A stretch of DNA of 64,000 nt from NCBI GenBank assembly GCA_973895155.1, contig OZ316892.1, positions 15,430,861 through 15,494,860 on the forward strand. The letters are read 5' to 3'. Positions 60,601 to 64,000 of the stretch are shown piece by piece. The stretch's first letter is position 1; the number at the start of each line of letters is the position of its first letter. The notes beneath the pieces are model-generated. The model was given only the letters and a program-made list of their open reading frames with translations, searched no databases and was not told the origin of the DNA. Both the position numbers and the translations under genes were made by a program. The DNA comes from Marsupella aquatica. Taxonomy: Eukaryota; Plantae; Marchantiophyta.

Positions 60601-62300
60601 ATTTGTAGAACTCACCTTCTCTGCTGTCCAGTGCAAGGCTTTACATGATGGGCACACCACATTCATGCGTCCAAGGTAATGGTGACCATTCTCTTGATTT
60701 GTTTGACCTCGTAGTTTCAAGTGAAACACATGATATTCGTCAAATATGCGGCGGCGTGCTAGGTTGCTGAAAACCAATCAAAACCAAGGATAAGCCAACT
60801 ATCTCATTTTTCCTTCAAATATTCAAATACTCAAAATCCTGTCAAATCCTGTAAATAATAAACTTTAACAAAGTAGAAGTTTGAACTATAAAATTCAAGA
60901 GTTCTCAACATACATAGTTGGCAGATGTGGAACACGACTTGTGCAACGGCGTGGTGGGTTGATCGTAATTTGTGGAGGCACTATATCATCTTCATTGTGA
61001 GACGGTTCCCTAGTGGTGAACAATAAACAACATAAAGTATTATTTACATTTCAAAGAAGTATTATATTTTACTCATGATGTATGCAAAGAAAATAAATTT
61101 TGCTTCATACCTAGAGGTAGACCCATGTCGTGTCATAAGAGGCCCAAATTCAGGCTCATTAGTTATCCTTGCACGTCTGTTTCTTTGCCCCTCGGCTCTA
61201 GCAAGCATTTGTTCATCTCGGAGGCTTCTTCGAATGAGAGGCATGGGTAACCTGTAATAATATCAATCATTCACGATCATGTTATAAAAATGGTTGCATT
61301 ATGAAAACTCCAAAAAATGATAATATCTTGAAACTTACATTGGAGATGGATCATTTGCAACCGGTGTTAAACATTGATTTGAAGAAGGAAGCTGTGGAGG
61401 GTCTCGAACATTGTCAACAAAAATTGGGTCCCTGTGTAGTAACAAACATGTAACTCAATGAAATTATATCACAATAAGTTGTAATCTTCCATGAAAAAAA
61501 CAGTATTCCTAGTGACTTGAGTATTTGAGCATGAAGATTAGATATAAAGCTTTCTTTAGAATTGTTTGCAAAAAATAGTATCAAGATCTTTAGAAAGTAA
61601 AACTTACTTGGGCACCAATGCTAAATTTGATTCCAAAAGTTGTGGAGGTAATTGTGCATCTCCAACAATAGGTGGTAGTTCCCTATCAAAAATATAATTA
61701 AGATTGAAATAAATCTTGATAGAAATGATGCTTGGATACAAACACATTAAAATTTGTAAAACAAAAATTAATACCTGATATGAAGCATTTCTGAGTCCTC
61801 TGCAACAACATGAATGTTCCTTGTTGCTTTTTCAATTGCGCGTCGATCCTTTTGTTGTCTAGCCCGTTTAGCTGCTTTGTTTGGCACGGTAACCTCAACA
61901 ACTTCTCCGTCTACTAGTGCATCTAATCTTTTGGCTCGTTGCCGTGCACACCATTCTCGCATATATTTGGCTTTATTTGCCTTTCTCATAGTGTCAACAG
62001 TCTCGCCAACTCTCAATGACGCTCGTGCTGGTCCCTCAAATTCATATGGCTCTTCAACTTCATATGAGAGGTCTACTCTTGCAATCGGAAGACATTCTTC
62101 TCGTCTTGGTTCATTGATGCGAATAGTTTCCCTTTCATTTATGATAAGGGTAGAATCAACATGCCTAAAAATAAAATAAAAAGTCAAAATTAGATATATA
62201 TGATCCATTTTTCAATAGCAAACAAAATTGAATCATACATTTTGCTCATAAAATAGAAAAGAGGAGAGTGATGAAATTAGTAATATCTATATTAATACCT
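54674..62300 (-). mobile_element. Helitron; 3' end at 54674, 5' end not located (beyond ~62300, possibly outside the window)
   Basis: Minus-strand terminal CTAG|T with a CGTTC-AAA-GAACG hairpin 11 nt upstream (54689-54701). It contains a RepHel gene. Confidence 0.88.
55351..62208 (-). pseudogene. Helitron RepHel (HUH Rep + PIF1 helicase), multi-exon, with nonsense lesion
   Basis: [69 protein letters not shown] and HGQLYVALSR, with GT-AG introns. HI*AYNS at 60463-60465 (likely CGA>TGA). Confidence 0.93.
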
Positions 62301-64000
62301 TGGAGAAGAAATGACTTGTCCAATCGTGGTTGACAAATTAGTAATATCATTCAAAACCCTTTGGTTTGACATTGTTGTACACATCTAGATCATTTATATC
62401 TACAAAATAGAGGAGAACAAATTCGGGATAAGAAAATGTATCAAGTATAAATGATTGCTCAAATTTATTCATAAAATGATTGTGATCCACCATCACATAC
62501 AAAGCCCTGTGTTACATGCCTCAACTATTTTCTATCTCAGATGCCTCTATCTAGGGCCAACATTTATCTCAGATGCCTCTATCTTGGACCAAAATCCATA
62601 GTTTTAGGAATCTAAACTCTATCACTAATTTGATATGCTATGTAGATCACTTCACCATGATATGATCTCACTTTGTCTTGGTGAAAGGGATGAAAGGAAA
62701 GGCTGGAGCGGAACTGCTTAGCTCACCGCTCTCTTGTGATTGACTACTCTTCTGCCTGCCCTCTAAATGCGCTGTCTACTCTACTGTTGCCGCAACCACC
62801 GATGCCAGTGTCTCTGCAACGACCAAAAATCCATTGAGCTAGTACCAGCTTGCTTCCCACAGAGTTCACCAAATATTGATGCTATCTCTGGACCATGAAC
62901 TGCAAGCACCAACCTCCTTTCTCCTGAACACAATGGCACCTATTAGCTCCAACACTATCAACCTAGGCACCATTCAAATGAAATGTGGCGACAGTTGATC
63001 ATGAGATATAGTAGTAGGATATGCACAGATTCAAAAGAGCTTAAGAACCTTCACGGTTGAGCAAAGTTGGAGCTTGCTATGGCATAATTGAGGATGCAAC
63101 AGCAGACACCTCGCTCCTGAATTGTTGGCCTAAAGCTCTAGAGTGAACTTTGATTACACAGGAAGCTCTAGGTTGAATCAATTGGACATCTTTTCGAAGA
63201 ACTCCTGGTCTGTAGTCTCAATCACCTGGGGGAAAACTGAGATTACATGAAAATGTCATTCAAAGCATCAAGGGTGAACTATGGTACATTACACAGGAAG
63301 TTCTACATTTTTGCGTTCGCAGGAATGGAAAGAAACTCAGTACAAACTCTGTCAGATGTGCCAGATCTTTGCCTCTCTCCTTTTCTCTTACCTCGGGGAC
63401 ACTGGCACCTCGACTGGTCATGGAGGGCGTCCTGACTTGGTGGGCAATTCCACATTCCAAACCAAACAATAATTTTGGTGATTCAGTGACCGAAAATTGG
63501 TACATCGACGATCAACATCGCCCCCTTGACGTGCGTGCGACCTCGCAGCCCTTGATAGAACGGAGACGGAGTCGGGACTCACTGTTTCGGCCCCTGTGGA
63601 GGAGGAGACGGAGTCGGGACTCATTGTTGTTGACGATGAAGAAGAAGATGGTAGCGGATGACAATCGCCCCAGGATGCATGGATTTTGTCTCGATTCCAA
63701 GGGAAAAAGCAGAGCAAAGCTAGCAATCTTGTCATGCTGCGTGTCGGCTCAGTCGTTGTATTTCCAGAAATCCCGCTCCAATTCGGTCAATGCTTGATTC
63801 CTTCTCGCTGCGCTGCTGTGTTGTTTTGAGTTGTTCAGCACAATGTTCAATTTGCGGCCGCCTCGCCTCCTCCTCCTCCGAAACTGAGGGCCGAGGCAGG
63901 CACTGGTAGGCAGGAAGGAAGGCAGGCATGTCCAAACTTCGAAACTTAGATGAATAGATTCCCTACATGAGCCATCTAGGCTGCAACAGACATTGCTGGA

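Noticed and set aside
62300-64000. Short ORFs and a duplicated GGAGACGGAGTCGGGACTCA near the window end
   Set aside because: No recognisable domain. This is probably Helitron 5' or captured sequence, and the 5' TC end could not be placed.

Overview
Eukaryotic, transposon-rich DNA from a land plant. The intron style and TE lineages suggest a non-seed plant, probably a bryophyte (inference). There is one clear host gene: a two-exon CYCLING DOF FACTOR-type Dof transcription factor (11327-14501, +). Most of the rest is nested mobile DNA whose ends and target-site duplications (TSDs) can be read directly. It includes a PHD-finger Ty3/gypsy remnant with a solo LTR inside, LINE fragments and a Tourist MITE. 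An old Ty1/copia (19011-25668) carries a SINE, a LINE and a solo LTR, and a very young relative has apparently identical LTRs (46361-53071). A gypsy integrase is cut by a Helitron, and a SWIM/MULE-type transposase is split by a 10.4-kb En/Spm (CACTA-superfamily) element (33724-44148). This En/Spm element is the most interesting object. It has CACAA termini, divergent TnpD and TnpA-like genes, a third unknown gene and dense WACGTC motif clusters in its non-coding parts. It also has an intact SET-domain exon inside the first coding intron of the transposase, which can be spliced in frame to the same first exon as the transposase. Together these suggest a transposon-encoded chromatin-modifying system. 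The second highlight is an in-frame TGA between gag and pol that is conserved in both copia copies.
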